NCBI RefSeq assembly: GCF_009914755.1
Contig: NC_060934.1
DNA from: the human T2T-CHM13v2.0 reference genome, Homo sapiens
Direction: 5' to 3' (one strand)
DNA length: 64,000 nt
Shown here: piece by piece, positions 30,870-44,350 of the stretch
Position numbering within the stretch: position 1 is the first letter of the stretch
Layout: every line of letters starts with the position of its first letter
Position numbers and translations under genes: made by a program
Notes under the pieces: model-generated
What the model was told of the DNA's origin: nothing
Seen by the model: only the letters and a program-made list of their open reading frames with translations
The model's database searches: none

Positions 30870-31990
30870 AGACCCAAAGAGCATCTGTATATAACCCCTG
30901 GAAAAATCCTAGTATCTGGCTGATCTTTTCTAGCTCTAGATTTTCTGAGCTCAGCAAATGATGGTGGAAGTCCAGGCTCACTGAGAGACTAGTCCTATAA
31001 GTCACAAACCTGGGGTAGATTAGGAATAATGAATACAAATGACCAGTTCTGGTGACCCAGTTATAAGAGGACTCCATCTGCCTTAAGTCTCTTAATCTCA
31101 ACAATTACATCCCAGGCCAGATGTCACACTATAATGTAATATAATATTGCTAGTAATATTTCAGGAAATCATTGCAGAGTGGGAATGTTCTGAAAGACTG
31201 GAGACAAGCAATTATTCCTATTTTCAAAATAGTTTTATGAACTCAGATTCATGAGTTAGTTTAAAATCCTAGGCAAAAGATTCTATAATACATTATTTAA
31301 AAAATGGTATGTGTAACTTTGGAAAAGCAAATAGTAGTCACTAGGAATCATCATGGGATAAACAAGAAGCACATGTTGTTCAGCTAACCTCATTTTCTGT
31401 TTTATGGTACACGTGTATATCCTACTTTCAGCAAGACATTTGAAAAGTCTCTCTAGATTACCCCAGGCTCAAGACTGAGACCTTTGGGCTGGATCAGTTA
31501 TTCATGGAATGATATGCCCAGAGTACATTTTTAATGAAGCAATCTTAAGCCAGATACAGGTTTCCAGAGTTATAAAGTTCTATTCTTGATCCTGCATTGT
31601 TAACATTTCCTTTAATCAATGACAAAGAAAGAAATATGTAGGTGACATGAAGATGGGAGACACAATGGATATGTTGGATGAAAGACTTCAGATCCAAAAT
31701 GATAAGTTCAGGCTTGAAGAAATGAACTTAATTTATCAAAATGATGGTTAATAGGGTCATAAGCTAGGTTTTATCCTTGCATTAAAAAAGTAAAACAACT
31801 GCACAAATGTGTGATAGGGAGGTTTGGCGTATCCATATTTCAGAAGGTATTAGGTGTCAAGTGCTGTATGTATCAGGCTGCATGAGTGGAACTACAGAAC
31901 CTGTCATGATGGAGAGTCCTGCCCTGGCACTGCTTCTACCACGCCTGTCAGGAGGTGACTCGTTTTGGGCCCAGAACTTGGAGATAAAAC
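30870..31990 (+). mobile_element. CR1/L3 LINE RT-region remnant
   Basis: GACTGGAGACAAGCAATTATTCCTATTTTCAAAA (DWR.A...PIFK-like), ACTTTCAGCAAGACATTTGA (DFSKAFD-like), GGTGACATGAAGATGGGAG. Confidence 0.7.
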
Positions 31991-32004
31991 AAAAGGCAGA
32001 CAGT

Positions 32005-32540
32005 GTGCTGTAGGGGAAAGCACATGACAACTTCCAAATCTGCCAACAGACTATGTGTAGCTTGGGGAGTGAGTGTACTTAATCTCTCTGAGCCTCAGTT
32101 TTCTTATCAGTAAAATGGGCCAAGAGAACTTGACCTTATCAAGTTTTCTGAGAATTATGTAATTTATGAGCATTGCTTAGAAAATCACCTTGCTCAGACT
32201 TGGTACTCAGCAAATCTTGAATTTCTTTTGGTTGTCCCTGCTATTGGGAATGAACAAGATTCTAAGAGTCAAAATTCATGTTAATTGAAGGTTTGCAGTC
32301 TGGAGAAGAGTGGACGTCAGAGCATGTGAGATGTATGCATATACTCTGCCAGACATTATTCTGAACAATTTATATGATTCTCTCATTTACCTTTCTGAAT
32401 AGTCCAATGAAGTATATACTGTTTGTATCGGCATTTTACAGATTAGGAAACTGAGGCTCAAGGAATATGTGCCACAGCTAATCAGGGACACAGCTGGGAC
32501 CAGAACCTGATCTTCTGCCTCCCCGTCTGTACTACTGTGC
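32005..32540. mobile_element. Two MIRs in opposite orientation
   Basis: ACTTAATCTCTCTGAGCCTCAGTTTTCTTATCAGTAAAATGGG (+) and CATTTTACAGATTAGGAAACTGAGGCTCA (-). Confidence 0.75.
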
Positions 32541-32768
32541 TGCATCTCTTGCATTCTAGAAGAATATTGAAAATTGGCAAGTGTTAGAGGAGGTGTTTGT
32601 GGTGAATGGAGGGCTCCATCTGGGTTGATTCCTAGGAGCTGTCAGTGTAAGTCCTATACCAGCCACTGACCAGATAGGACATCTCTTTTCATTCCCTGCT
32701 TCTACCTCCCGCTTTTCTCTCCATGTTTTCCTCAGCTGGGCCCTTAGGGCATTTTTGTGAACAACTGC

Positions 32769-33120
32769 TATATTAGTCTTTTCTCACGCTGCTATGAAGA
32801 AATACCCAAGACTGAGTAATTTATACAGAAAAGAGGTTTAATTGACTCACAGTTCCACATGGCTGGGGAGGCCTCAGGAAACTTATAATCATGTTAGAAG
32901 GCACCTCTTCACAGGGCAGGCAGGAGAGATAATGAGAGCCAAGCGAAGGGGGAATCCCCCTATAAAACCACCAGATCTCTTGAGAACTCACTCACTATTG
33001 CCAGAACAGTTTGGGGGAAACCAACCCCATGATTCCATTATCTCCACCTGGTCCTGCCCTTGACACATGGAGATTATTACAATTCAAGGTGAGGTTTGGG
33101 TGGGGACACAGAGCCAAATG
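32769..33120 (-). mobile_element. THE1C-like MaLR solo LTR
   Basis: TATTAGTCTTTTCTCACGCTGCTATGAAGAAATACCC...GGCACCTCTTCACAGGGC...TTTGGGTGGGGACACAGAGCCAAA. Confidence 0.88.
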
Positions 33121-35518
33121 CTGAGTTTAGGCTTTCTGTTCTACCCTGTGGATCACCCTATGGTCTGGGGCCAGGGGGCCAAGGTTGAATTGGATGCAGA
33201 GTGTATTTATCATGGTTGGAAGGGCAGGTACTGAGTAGGGTTTAACTGCATGAGTGAATGCATTCCCAAAGAGAGCCAGAATCTGTCTGGTTGTCTGGTG
33301 TCTCCGCTGAGCCCGCATTCCCTTGCCTAGTTTCTGCTGACATGACCTTCTTGTGAGGACCCTGGAGGGAGCTTTTGAGAAACACCATCACCCTCCATTC
33401 ATTCACATATGCTCCAGACAGCTACTTCTCTGGCATGGGGCAAAATAAATGATCTTTGGGGATATCATGGCTATCTTTTCGAAGGTTTTTCTTAGATCCC
33501 AGCCCGAGGCAGAGATGCAAATTGATGTGTCTTCTTAATCTGCATCTTCATTTACTGAGTCATGTTCCTTCTGGGAGAAAGAGCAGGGCTTGTGATTTAA
33601 CTCTAAATCATCTCTATCCCAGAAGTCACTGCCGGGGACACTTCCAGAAGAGGCTACCTAATCCCTGACTTTCCCAACTCTGACATTCCCCTTCAACTTT
33701 CTTGGGAGGCTCAGTTTCCCTGTCACCTTTAGTCTACCTTCCAGACTCTAGGCTTTGGATCACACTGCCTTGCCCACTGTGATGTGTCTCCATGTCCTCT
33801 GTACATCTGGAACTTACATGCTTTTCCAGTTTACAAATCAACCCTGCTCCATGGAGCTGCCCAGGTTATTGAGCCTGTGTAGATTTACCGAGCTGTGAGT
33901 AACTTAAGGACAGGAACACTCATCCCTGTATCTAGAATTTGCCTGATGCTCAGTAGACACTGTTCAAAGCATGAGTGAGGACAAATGAAGGGAGGAACAT
34001 CAATTGGCACCATTTAGCCCTTCATTCATCTCTGGTTGTTTCATGGTGGTGACATTGATCCCACCTTCCAGCTATGGGCTCAGAAGTCAGAGGCCTGGTT
34101 CCAAATCTCAGCCCTTCCAGTAACTTGGGAACATTTGGTAAATTCTCTAAACCTCAGTTTCTTTAACACTGGGGAATATTTTATAGGGTTAGAAGGAATA
34201 AATGAGATTATGGACACAATACCCTTACTGATCACAACAAACATTCCAGAAATATGCGTTAGCTCTCGTGTAAATATCTGGAGGACAGAACATCATCTTA
34301 TATTACTGCTGCTGGTTTGGTGTTTAATTGGCCCTCAGTTAAGTCCATCTTGAGTGCTTATTGGATAAGAGCTCCAACATGTGCAAAGTAAGCAAGAAAG
34401 GGCTTAGGCAAGGGGGCTGCCACATTTATAATATAACAGGATTGTGCTAGCTTGGAGGCTTAATAGCAGACATTTTGTGTACAAAATGAGAAACAGAAGC
34501 ATGAGGTCAGGGCCATTGTTACATCAGTGTTCTCTGTTGTCTTTGAACACGATGTTCCTAAACCGTAGTGCTTGCATTTGAAAGGCAGGTCACTCTAGGA
34601 CGACACTGCTTTTAAAGATTATAATAGATGCTGGCAAGAGAAGAACACTCAGAACCAGGCTCTGCTTCAGGAAGTTAAAAATGCCAAATGCCAGTGCCTT
34701 TGCTGTGCCCCCAAGGGGGTGGGGGCAGTATGAAATTTACTAGAAAGATGAACTCCCATGTCAGTCTCCTTAAATGGGATGAGCCTCTGCTCTTGCACGC
34801 GTGCATGCTGCTGCTGCTGTTTAAAAGCCTTTATCTTGGGCTAAAATGTGCATATTGTGGGCAGAGCTATCTCTCCACTTCGCTGAAAAAAATCACCATG
34901 CTAACAGGCAGGGATGGGAAAGGGGTCTGCCACAGCAGTGCTTTAACATCTAGATGGCCTATTTAGCTGGGGAGCTTGTGTAGGTGTGCTGGGTATAGCC
35001 TGGTGTATGTAGAATGAGGGTCAGCCTAGGGGTGGGGGTAGCTGGACCCATGTAGGCTCAGTCCTCAGGGGAGAAGGAGGGCCTCTTTCAGGCCCCATTC
35101 ATGGTCTCTGGTATCTGAAGGTCAAGGGGCTGAGCAAACAGTGGAGGTGGGAGCCCAGTGGCAGAGTTGGGGCAATCAGCTTACAGTACATAAGCTGATA
35201 AATCAGTGATAGATTTGATTTCCATGCAAGAACTGATGTAGATTGTCATGGGCATAAGCAAAAAAATAATAACCCGTGAACTTACAGAATGCTTTATGCT
35301 GCTGAAAATGCTCTGGGGCCCATGAGCTCCTCTGATGCCCCCAGGAGCCCTGAGAAGTGGGGAAGGCATGTACTACTCTCCCTTAGCAGAGGTGCAGAGA
35401 GGGTCAAGGGACCTGCACAAGGCCACCAAGCTAGTTCTCAAATAGCTAGACCTGATGTCCATACTAATTTCTGTGATTTCTTCATTTGTGCATTCACTCT
35501 TTCATCAAATCTTTGATA

Positions 35519-35738
35519 ATTTTTTTTTATTTTTTAGAGACAGGGTCTTGCTCTTGCCCAGACTAGAGTACAGTGGCAAGATGAGAGCTCACTGCAGCCT
35601 TGAACTCCTAGGTTGAAGTGGTCTTCCTGCCACAGCATCCCAAGTAGTTGGGACTATAGATGCGCACCACCATGCCCTGATGATTAATTTTTTTTTTTTT
35701 TTTTTTGTAGAAATAAGGTCCCGCTATGTTGACCAAAC
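35519..35738 (-). mobile_element. 5'-truncated AluJ
   Basis: Right monomer plus part of the left monomer; GCTCACTGCAGCCTTGAACTCC. Confidence 0.85.
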
Positions 35739-37621
35739 GCTTTGAGCCATTATTTTTGGTGCCAAGCACTGAGTTAGGTTTAAGAAATACGGAGATCAGA
35801 GACTTGCCTTCAAAGTGATCCCTATAGTTTATGTGTTTAAATAAAGCAGCTTTGGAGTGTTTTTCCCTCAGCTTTCCTCTGGGAAGCTCCAAGTTTGGTG
35901 CTTTGCTGTGAAGCCCAAAGATTTCATTTTCTTTTTTCTCAATCCCCTGTTTTGTGGTGGAGGAGAAGGCCAGGAGCCCTCTTGTTGAGCAAACCTGCAA
36001 ACCTAAGCCAATTTATATAAGGCTGTTCTTTTTTCAGCATCCCCTCGGAACGAAAAGATGGGGGTTATGATGTTTCCCAGTGATGCCTTTAGATGCATGA
36101 TGGTGCCTGGACAGATCATAAGCTTTATAAGGGTCCTGATGTCCTGTTTGTTTTAGCAATCTGCCCTCATGCAATAGGAGGCATTCAGCAGACAATAACT
36201 GGATTGAGGTGGTTGAGATATTACTATTTTAAGTTATTTGTGTCTCTGTGTGTGTGAGTAGATGTATGTTGGGTTGGCTTAATCTAAAATGTAAACAAAA
36301 TTTGTCTACTTTTGTGGTTTGTTTTTAGGGATGCTAGGAAGATCTCGTCCCTAGAAATATATCCCATTACCTAGCTCAGTGTGCTCTAATTTTTACCATT
36401 AGAGATGCAATTCTTTATTGTAAGGGTGAATATCTGTAGTCCCGCACATGTTAGTATGAATTAGTCAGTGGTCTTTCCTTTTAGCTCTAGAAGAAATTAC
36501 AGTAGTAAGGGGGCCTGGAGCTCTAGAAGAGAGCAAAGGGCAGAGAAAGCAACAGCAAAGCTCAGGCACCAAAGGCAAACTGCTGCTTTTGTAATTTGGC
36601 TGAGAGAGGACCTTAGTCCTGTCTTAAGAAGATTGAAAGAGCTTCAGAGACCAAGTATCTGTTTCTCCCTGAGAACTAATTACCAAGTACCAAGAGCACA
36701 GACGACACTGTGCTGGTGCACAGGACTTTGCATGCTATTGTTACTCAGGCTGTGGGTCCTAGTCTTGTGCAGGCATGATGGCTTTATCAATCATCATAGT
36801 GAGAATGAGTCATGAGGGATCCACACTTGGACAGAAGGGCTTAGCCCTGAAATCCCTCTCCATAGCTTTCACTGATAGTGTTCTCTTTTAACGGGAGAGA
36901 CCATGTTTTGCAATGAAAATACATCTGCAGGCTTTGGGTGGAGCTAGCCAGACCTGGGTTTGATCCTAGCTAAGGAACTTTATAGCTTTGTGATCTTGAC
37001 TGAAAGATTTAATCTCTCTGATCACCAGAGATAAAATTAACACTGACCTCCTACATGTGATGGGAGTATTAAATGAGATGAAGTATGTGCAGGGCCTGTT
37101 ATTAACTTATTACTAATACATCTAACAAGTTAGGTATCTCTTTTTTTAAAAAACCATTTTTTATTGCAGTTAATTAAAAAAAATCTACCCTTTAATGTAT
37201 TTGGTTTAGAAATTATTTCCCCAGAACAGAATGGGTAGAGTGTAAATTCAAGAGTCAGTAAAGCACATCAAGAAAGAGAAGGGCTCCCAGAGGGGGCTGT
37301 TCCCTGCCGCTTGCCTTTCACGTGGCTCTCCTGCCTGGTGACTGTCGGCTGGGCAGGGGGCCGGGCTGCTCCCAGGGAAGCTGTGCTGCTGCATTGTTCT
37401 TGGCACTTATGCCAGCCATTCAGGGCTCTCAAAAAATTGGCTTAGAAAATAGTTTGAAAGTTATTACTTGGGATTCAGGAAACTCCAGGTGGCTTTTGAG
37501 AGCTGCCCCCAAATGCAGCCGGAGATGCGTCCTCAGCTGTTCACTTTCAGGACTTTCATTATTTTTCATGTTTATTTCGGGCTGGAGCCAGAGCTGCGGT
37601 ATTCATGAGCTCTCACCGTCT

Positions 37622-37653
<32 letters not shown>

Positions 37654-38942
37654 CAATCCCTTTGTTTCTTTAGGAGAGAAAGAAGCTTGCTCCCCAATCC
37701 CCTCTGCCCCACCATAGGGTTCAAGGAAACTGGCCCTCATAATTGTAAATTACCTATGAAAAAGACAGAGCCCTTGGCTCCCTTCCTGGCGAAAGCTTCA
37801 AGATCAGCAGTGATAGCGGAAATTAATGAAAGCGGCTGCTGAGCCCCTGGCCTGTTGGTGGCTGCTGAGATGAAAAGGCAGCAATTGAAGTCGGCTTTGG
37901 GGATGAGCATTCCGATAAGGATTTTTGTTTGGGATACGGTTATGACCTGTAGCATGGGCTCCAGCCAGGACTTAGGTTTCTTGGAACCGGTTCTGATTTG
38001 CTCACTAACAACAGTCTGCTTTTCTTTCAAAATATAACCTCTTTCCCTCTAATCTGACCACCTCATCCCCCAAGAAAAGAAATGCAGCCCTCCAAACACA
38101 ATACAGTAGTAGCCCAAGGTGACGCCAAATGTCTGAATCTCTCCCTCTTTTCTTTTTCTTCTTCTTTTTAGTAGCAGAATGAGGCTCAGTTGAACTCATT
38201 TTCTCTTTCATCTCGGCTCATCCCCCTTGGGCTGGTGTTAAACAGCTGTCATACAAGGGCTGCCCAGGAATCCAGTTATGAAACAAACCAGCCAGCCTTC
38301 TTAATTGTCCTCCTGCGACTGGACTAAATTTGTCATCCTAATTCTTGAGCACTTGAGTTCCTGGGCTGCAGGCTTGAGTGTCATTCCTGAACTTGGCCAG
38401 TTGTTTGCCCTCCGTGAGACCCTCTTGTAAACTGATTAGATGGCACTCAGGAGGCCACGGCGGGGCGGGTTGAGGGGGGCAGGACTGAGCTTGTTATAAA
38501 CAGAGATTTCTTATTTAGGTGGAAGGCAAAGTTTTCTCCTTACTGTTCCACTGTCTTCCTGAGAGAAATTAACACTCAAGTGGAAAGAACACATTCCACA
38601 TGGTACACGGACACATGTGTTTTGTTGCACATGAGGGCTGGGTTTTTGACTGTAAGTGACACTTCATTCTGTCAAGATTTAGAAGTATATTTTAAATTGA
38701 CATCAATGAATTTAACCGTCATGGTTTTGGATATTATTGTCAGCATCCCCCAACATCTATGGCATTATAGTAATTTTTTGCAGTATATTGTACTAAATGG
38801 TTTTTCTGTTGTCTTTTTGGGAAGTGAGTCCTTCTGAAATCTGTTTCCTTTATATTCTCAGCAGGTGAACCTTTTCTTTTCTTTTCAAAATACTTCAATC
38901 TCAGAGTCTTTCTTTGACTTCTTCTTTTCTTTCAAAGGCATG

Positions 38943-40458
<1,516 letters not shown>

Positions 40459-40615
40459 CTTTCTTACTTGATAGTTCAGATTTTAAATGTGATCATTTTT
40501 TCTTTGTTCACAACTCACCCACATATCCATGACATTTTATATCGATCCAGCCGAGGCACTTTCCAGAAACAGGTTCTTGATTCATCTTGAAGGAGCAGTT
40601 TATGGATGTAGCCTC

Positions 40616-41830
40616 TTAGAAATACCTGGTAATATCAGAAGATCCTGGAAGTAAATGAACCAGTGGTCTTCTCCCATTTGCCGTTTCTTTCTTTATAGTT
40701 GGCATATCGTCTTTAGGGGACTGTGGCAGAATTGCAGTATCTGTAGCTGCTTTGGGACAGATCTTTATGGGTTCCGTGTTCCCTCCTGGCATCTCAAGGC
40801 AGAAGAATGGACGCACGGGCTTTGAGGCAGACACGTGTGACTGTATATAGAAGGAAACCAACAGACCTTGGGAAATGAAATGGCTTTCAGGTCACAGACA
40901 AAGTTGGGTTCATATGGAGAACAATTCATTGTTGAGAACTGATAGCAACTTAATATTTTCCCTTGAGACGCAAGGGCTTCCCAGTACTCAAGGTCTGAAG
41001 ATATAGGAGACATTCCTTGACAATATACAGATTCCCTGCCAATACCCACAGGTGAGTCAGCTAACTCTCTTAATCCTACCTCCTCCCAACTGTGGCAGCT
41101 GGAAGGAAAGCCAGAGGAACCCAGGACATGAGCTGCAGAGATGAATGTTTCAAGGTTTTCTCTGGTGGTCTCTTTGAGGCATTTGTGCATCTGATGCTCT
41201 GCAAGTCATTAGAAAACACAAGGAAGCCATTGGCTATGGCTGGATCCAGACTCAAACATACACAAACCTCAGCCTCCAGCAGCGCCTGCCCAGCACAGGT
41301 ATCATCACTTTTGTCTCTGCTGCCAGCTGCCTCAGGGCCATGCTGATCTGGACTGTCTGTGTCTGAGCGATGTCAAGACACTGGAGACAAATGAAAAGAC
41401 CATCTTGGTTCACTCTCTCCAAATGCCGGAGACAAGAGAAACAGAAGTTGTATTTGCAGAATAGTAAATAGGGATCTTCAAAATAGGTCAGGCAAATGGG
41501 TCAATTTCTTTCTGAGTTTTTTTCTGCTATTGTCACATAGAAGTTCACCACCTCAGGGCAAATTCAGGCCTGTGTTCATGACTGCTCCAGCTCTCTGATA
41601 AGTCTGACCATGTTGCCCAGTGCCAGGTTCTCCTGAATCTGTTTCTCCCAGGAGTACTGAAAGCACTCGGGAGAGGTGATAACCCTGTTATCTGTCTTCA
41701 TCACCAACGAGTCAAGACACTTTAGACAGAGGCCATGTCTACAACTCATAGAGTAGGGTTCTTCACAGTAGTCCCTGCAACAGGGGGAGGTCAACAGGGC
41801 TTTCTGGAGTTCAGTCTCAGATGCTCTTAA
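40616..41830 (-). pseudogene. Intronless RFPL4-like (RING + B30.2/PRY-SPRY) pseudogene with two tandem RING modules
   Basis: RING1 (LQKALLT-SPCCRDYCEEPYSMSCRHGLCLKC...SPEC...LGNMVRLIRELE); RING2 in the same frame (*PICLTYFEDPYLLFCKYNFCFSCLRHLERVNQDGLFICLQC, 41378-41503); PRY (LSLDPAIANGFLVFSNDLQSIR, ~41250-41190); SPRY (VLGSSGFPSSCHSWEEVG, VGIGRESV, KPVRPFF, PIKICP). No B-box or coiled coil; multiple stops and frameshifts. Confidence 0.88.
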
Positions 41831-41899
41831 ATTGAGGTCCTCTCCTCAGGCTTCTGGCTCTGAAGATCCCCAGCATGTCTGAAGGATCTGGAGTCACTG

Positions 41900-41990
41900 C
41901 TGTGCTTTTAGTGGGGCAAGTGAAATCACACGTGTCCCCACATCCTTCTATACCCATTTCACCTACTCAGTCATTTGATTGGATTTCCAT
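41900..41990 (-). promoter_or_regulatory. Candidate proximal promoter of the RFPL-like pseudogene
   Basis: On the minus strand: AAATCCAATCA (41976-41986; one mismatch to DUX TAAYBBAATCA, also a CCAAT box), CACGTG E-box (41929-41934), TATA-like CTAAAAG (41905-41911), ~110 bp above RING1. Confidence 0.4.
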
Positions 41991-43070
41991 TAGAAAGCCA
42001 AGCAAAATAAGACAAGGAATTCACCCACCTTTGTAGGATGGGAGGATTTCTGGGTGCTAATTTTCAGGTTCTGTGTGTATTCAACCACCAAACAGAATTG
42101 TACTTGGTACCTCTTTTGTGTAGTAAGTATGCAAGGAGATATGGTATGTTTAATGGTGAACAGGAAAGACCTGGACCACAAAATATTAGCTGGTCTTTCC
42201 TTTTACAAATGGGAAGAATTTTCTTTATTTTGTTCATAGAACGTATTTCTTGGCATGATTAAAACATGCAAAAAGGTATGCATTTACAATTTTGCAGTGC
42301 GTACTAACAAAGGCAAACTCAGTGATATTTTTATTACATAAAACTGAAACAGTCAAAATTAATTATTTATGACAAATTCCTTCAAAAAATCTGCCTGTAC
42401 TGTGTAGTCCTAGAAATTTGTGGCCCCCTTTCTCCTCACTCATGTACTACCGAGTTAAATAATTAATTTGCAGTTTTGTATCCCTTGATAAAATGAAGGC
42501 TTCTCAAAAGTAGGAAGTTATCTGGATCAGATTGTGATCAAAATATGTAGAATACATGTGAGTCTCTGCTGTCGTCTCACTTACTCCTCCTTCTGTGTAC
42601 TGTTTCGACGCACCTCCTCTGGGAAGTCTTATCTGATCTTCCAGGTTAAGGATCCCCTTGTTTATGTTCTCATAGCCTGGCTTTGTCCTTCACAGCACAT
42701 ATTAAATTGTTGCTTTCTTAGTGTCTATCTTCCAGATAACCTCCATAATGGCATGAACTCCTTGTTTGCTTCTCAGGAAGGGATTCCAGCTTCAGGGTGT
42801 CACCTAATGCATTGCTCAATGAAAGGTTAATGGATTAACATTCATTGCACAGAGGTTTTATAAAAGACACTTATTTTTTTGTTTGTTTGTTTCCTTGCTT
42901 CTGTGTGTCAAGGCAAGGAAAGTGGTTTGTATGTATGTATGGAGAAATAATAATGTAGAAGGGGTGAGATTCTGGGGATTTGAGGGCTTAATTTTCTTCT
43001 AGGATCTTATCTATTAGTTGGCCTTATTAGGTTAACATAAAGTTAATCTTTCCATTAGCAATCATTGTAG

Positions 43071-43441
<371 letters not shown>

Positions 43442-43589
43442 GACCTTTTCTTTTTAATCACCAGAAGGCAATGCTGACATTCGTTGCCCAACCATCATAA
43501 CAGCACACTTGGCCGTTGTGGTCCTGGCAGGCGTATCTGTCTCATTAGATATTCACAGTTACTCGGAGCAGAGGCCTCCAAGAACTGAT

Positions 43590-44350
43590 GTGCATTTCTT
43601 GGGTTTATCCTGTATGGAGTTTGTCAAGCTGCTTGAATCTTTAGGGTTGTGTCTTTTGTCAAATTTGGGGAAATATTAGTTATTGTTTCTTCACTCTACT
43701 TTCTTTTTCTCTCCTTCTGGAAATCCTAGGACATAAATGTTAAAGCTTTGTGTAGTTCCCTGATGCTCTTTTTTTTTTCAGTCCATTTTCTCTCTGTTGC
43801 TCAGAAAAATAATTTCTATTTTTCTGTCTTCAAGTTTATTGTTTCTTTCCTCTTTCCTTTCCATTCTGGGTTTTTTTTTTTTTTTTTTGTTTTTTTTTTT
43901 TTTTTTGCCTAGCCTTTGAGTTTTTAATTTTGGTTATTTTATTTTTCAGTTCTAAAATTGCCAGATGGTTCTTTTTTTATATCTCCCATTTCTTTGCTAA
44001 GACTTTCTATTTTTTCATGTGTTTCAAGCGTATGCATAATTGCTCATTGAGACATTTTTATGACGGCTACTTTAAACTCCTTATCAGAAAATTCCAACAT
44101 CTGTATCCTCTCAGTGTTGGCACGTATTGTCTTTTCTCACTCAAGTTGGGATTTTCCTTGTTCTTGGTATCAGTGTTTTTTTAAAAAATTGTATCCTGGA
44201 CATTTGGGTACTGTATGACTCTGGATCTTATTTTGACCTTCTGTTTTAGCAGGCTTTCTCTTATATCATGATAGTGGTGGGGGACAGGGGAGGGGAGGTG
44301 CTACCTTGTTACTGCCAGGTGAGGGTGGAAGTTAGTTTAGATTGACACCC
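43590..44350 (-). mobile_element. Ancient L1M fragment (ORF1-proximal region)
   Basis: T-rich antisense L1M-like sequence (TCAAATTTGGGGAAATATTAG...TTTTCAGTTCTAAAATTGCCAGATGGTTCTTTTT). Confidence 0.6.

Noticed and set aside
37280-37300. CTCF-like CCCAGAGGGGGCTG
   Set aside because: Too many mismatches to the core consensus.
40616-41830. Calling this a functional TRIM or RFPL gene, or giving it a gene symbol
   Set aside because: Multiple stops, frameshifts and lost zinc ligands; no B-box, so not a canonical TRIM; exact identity not recognised.
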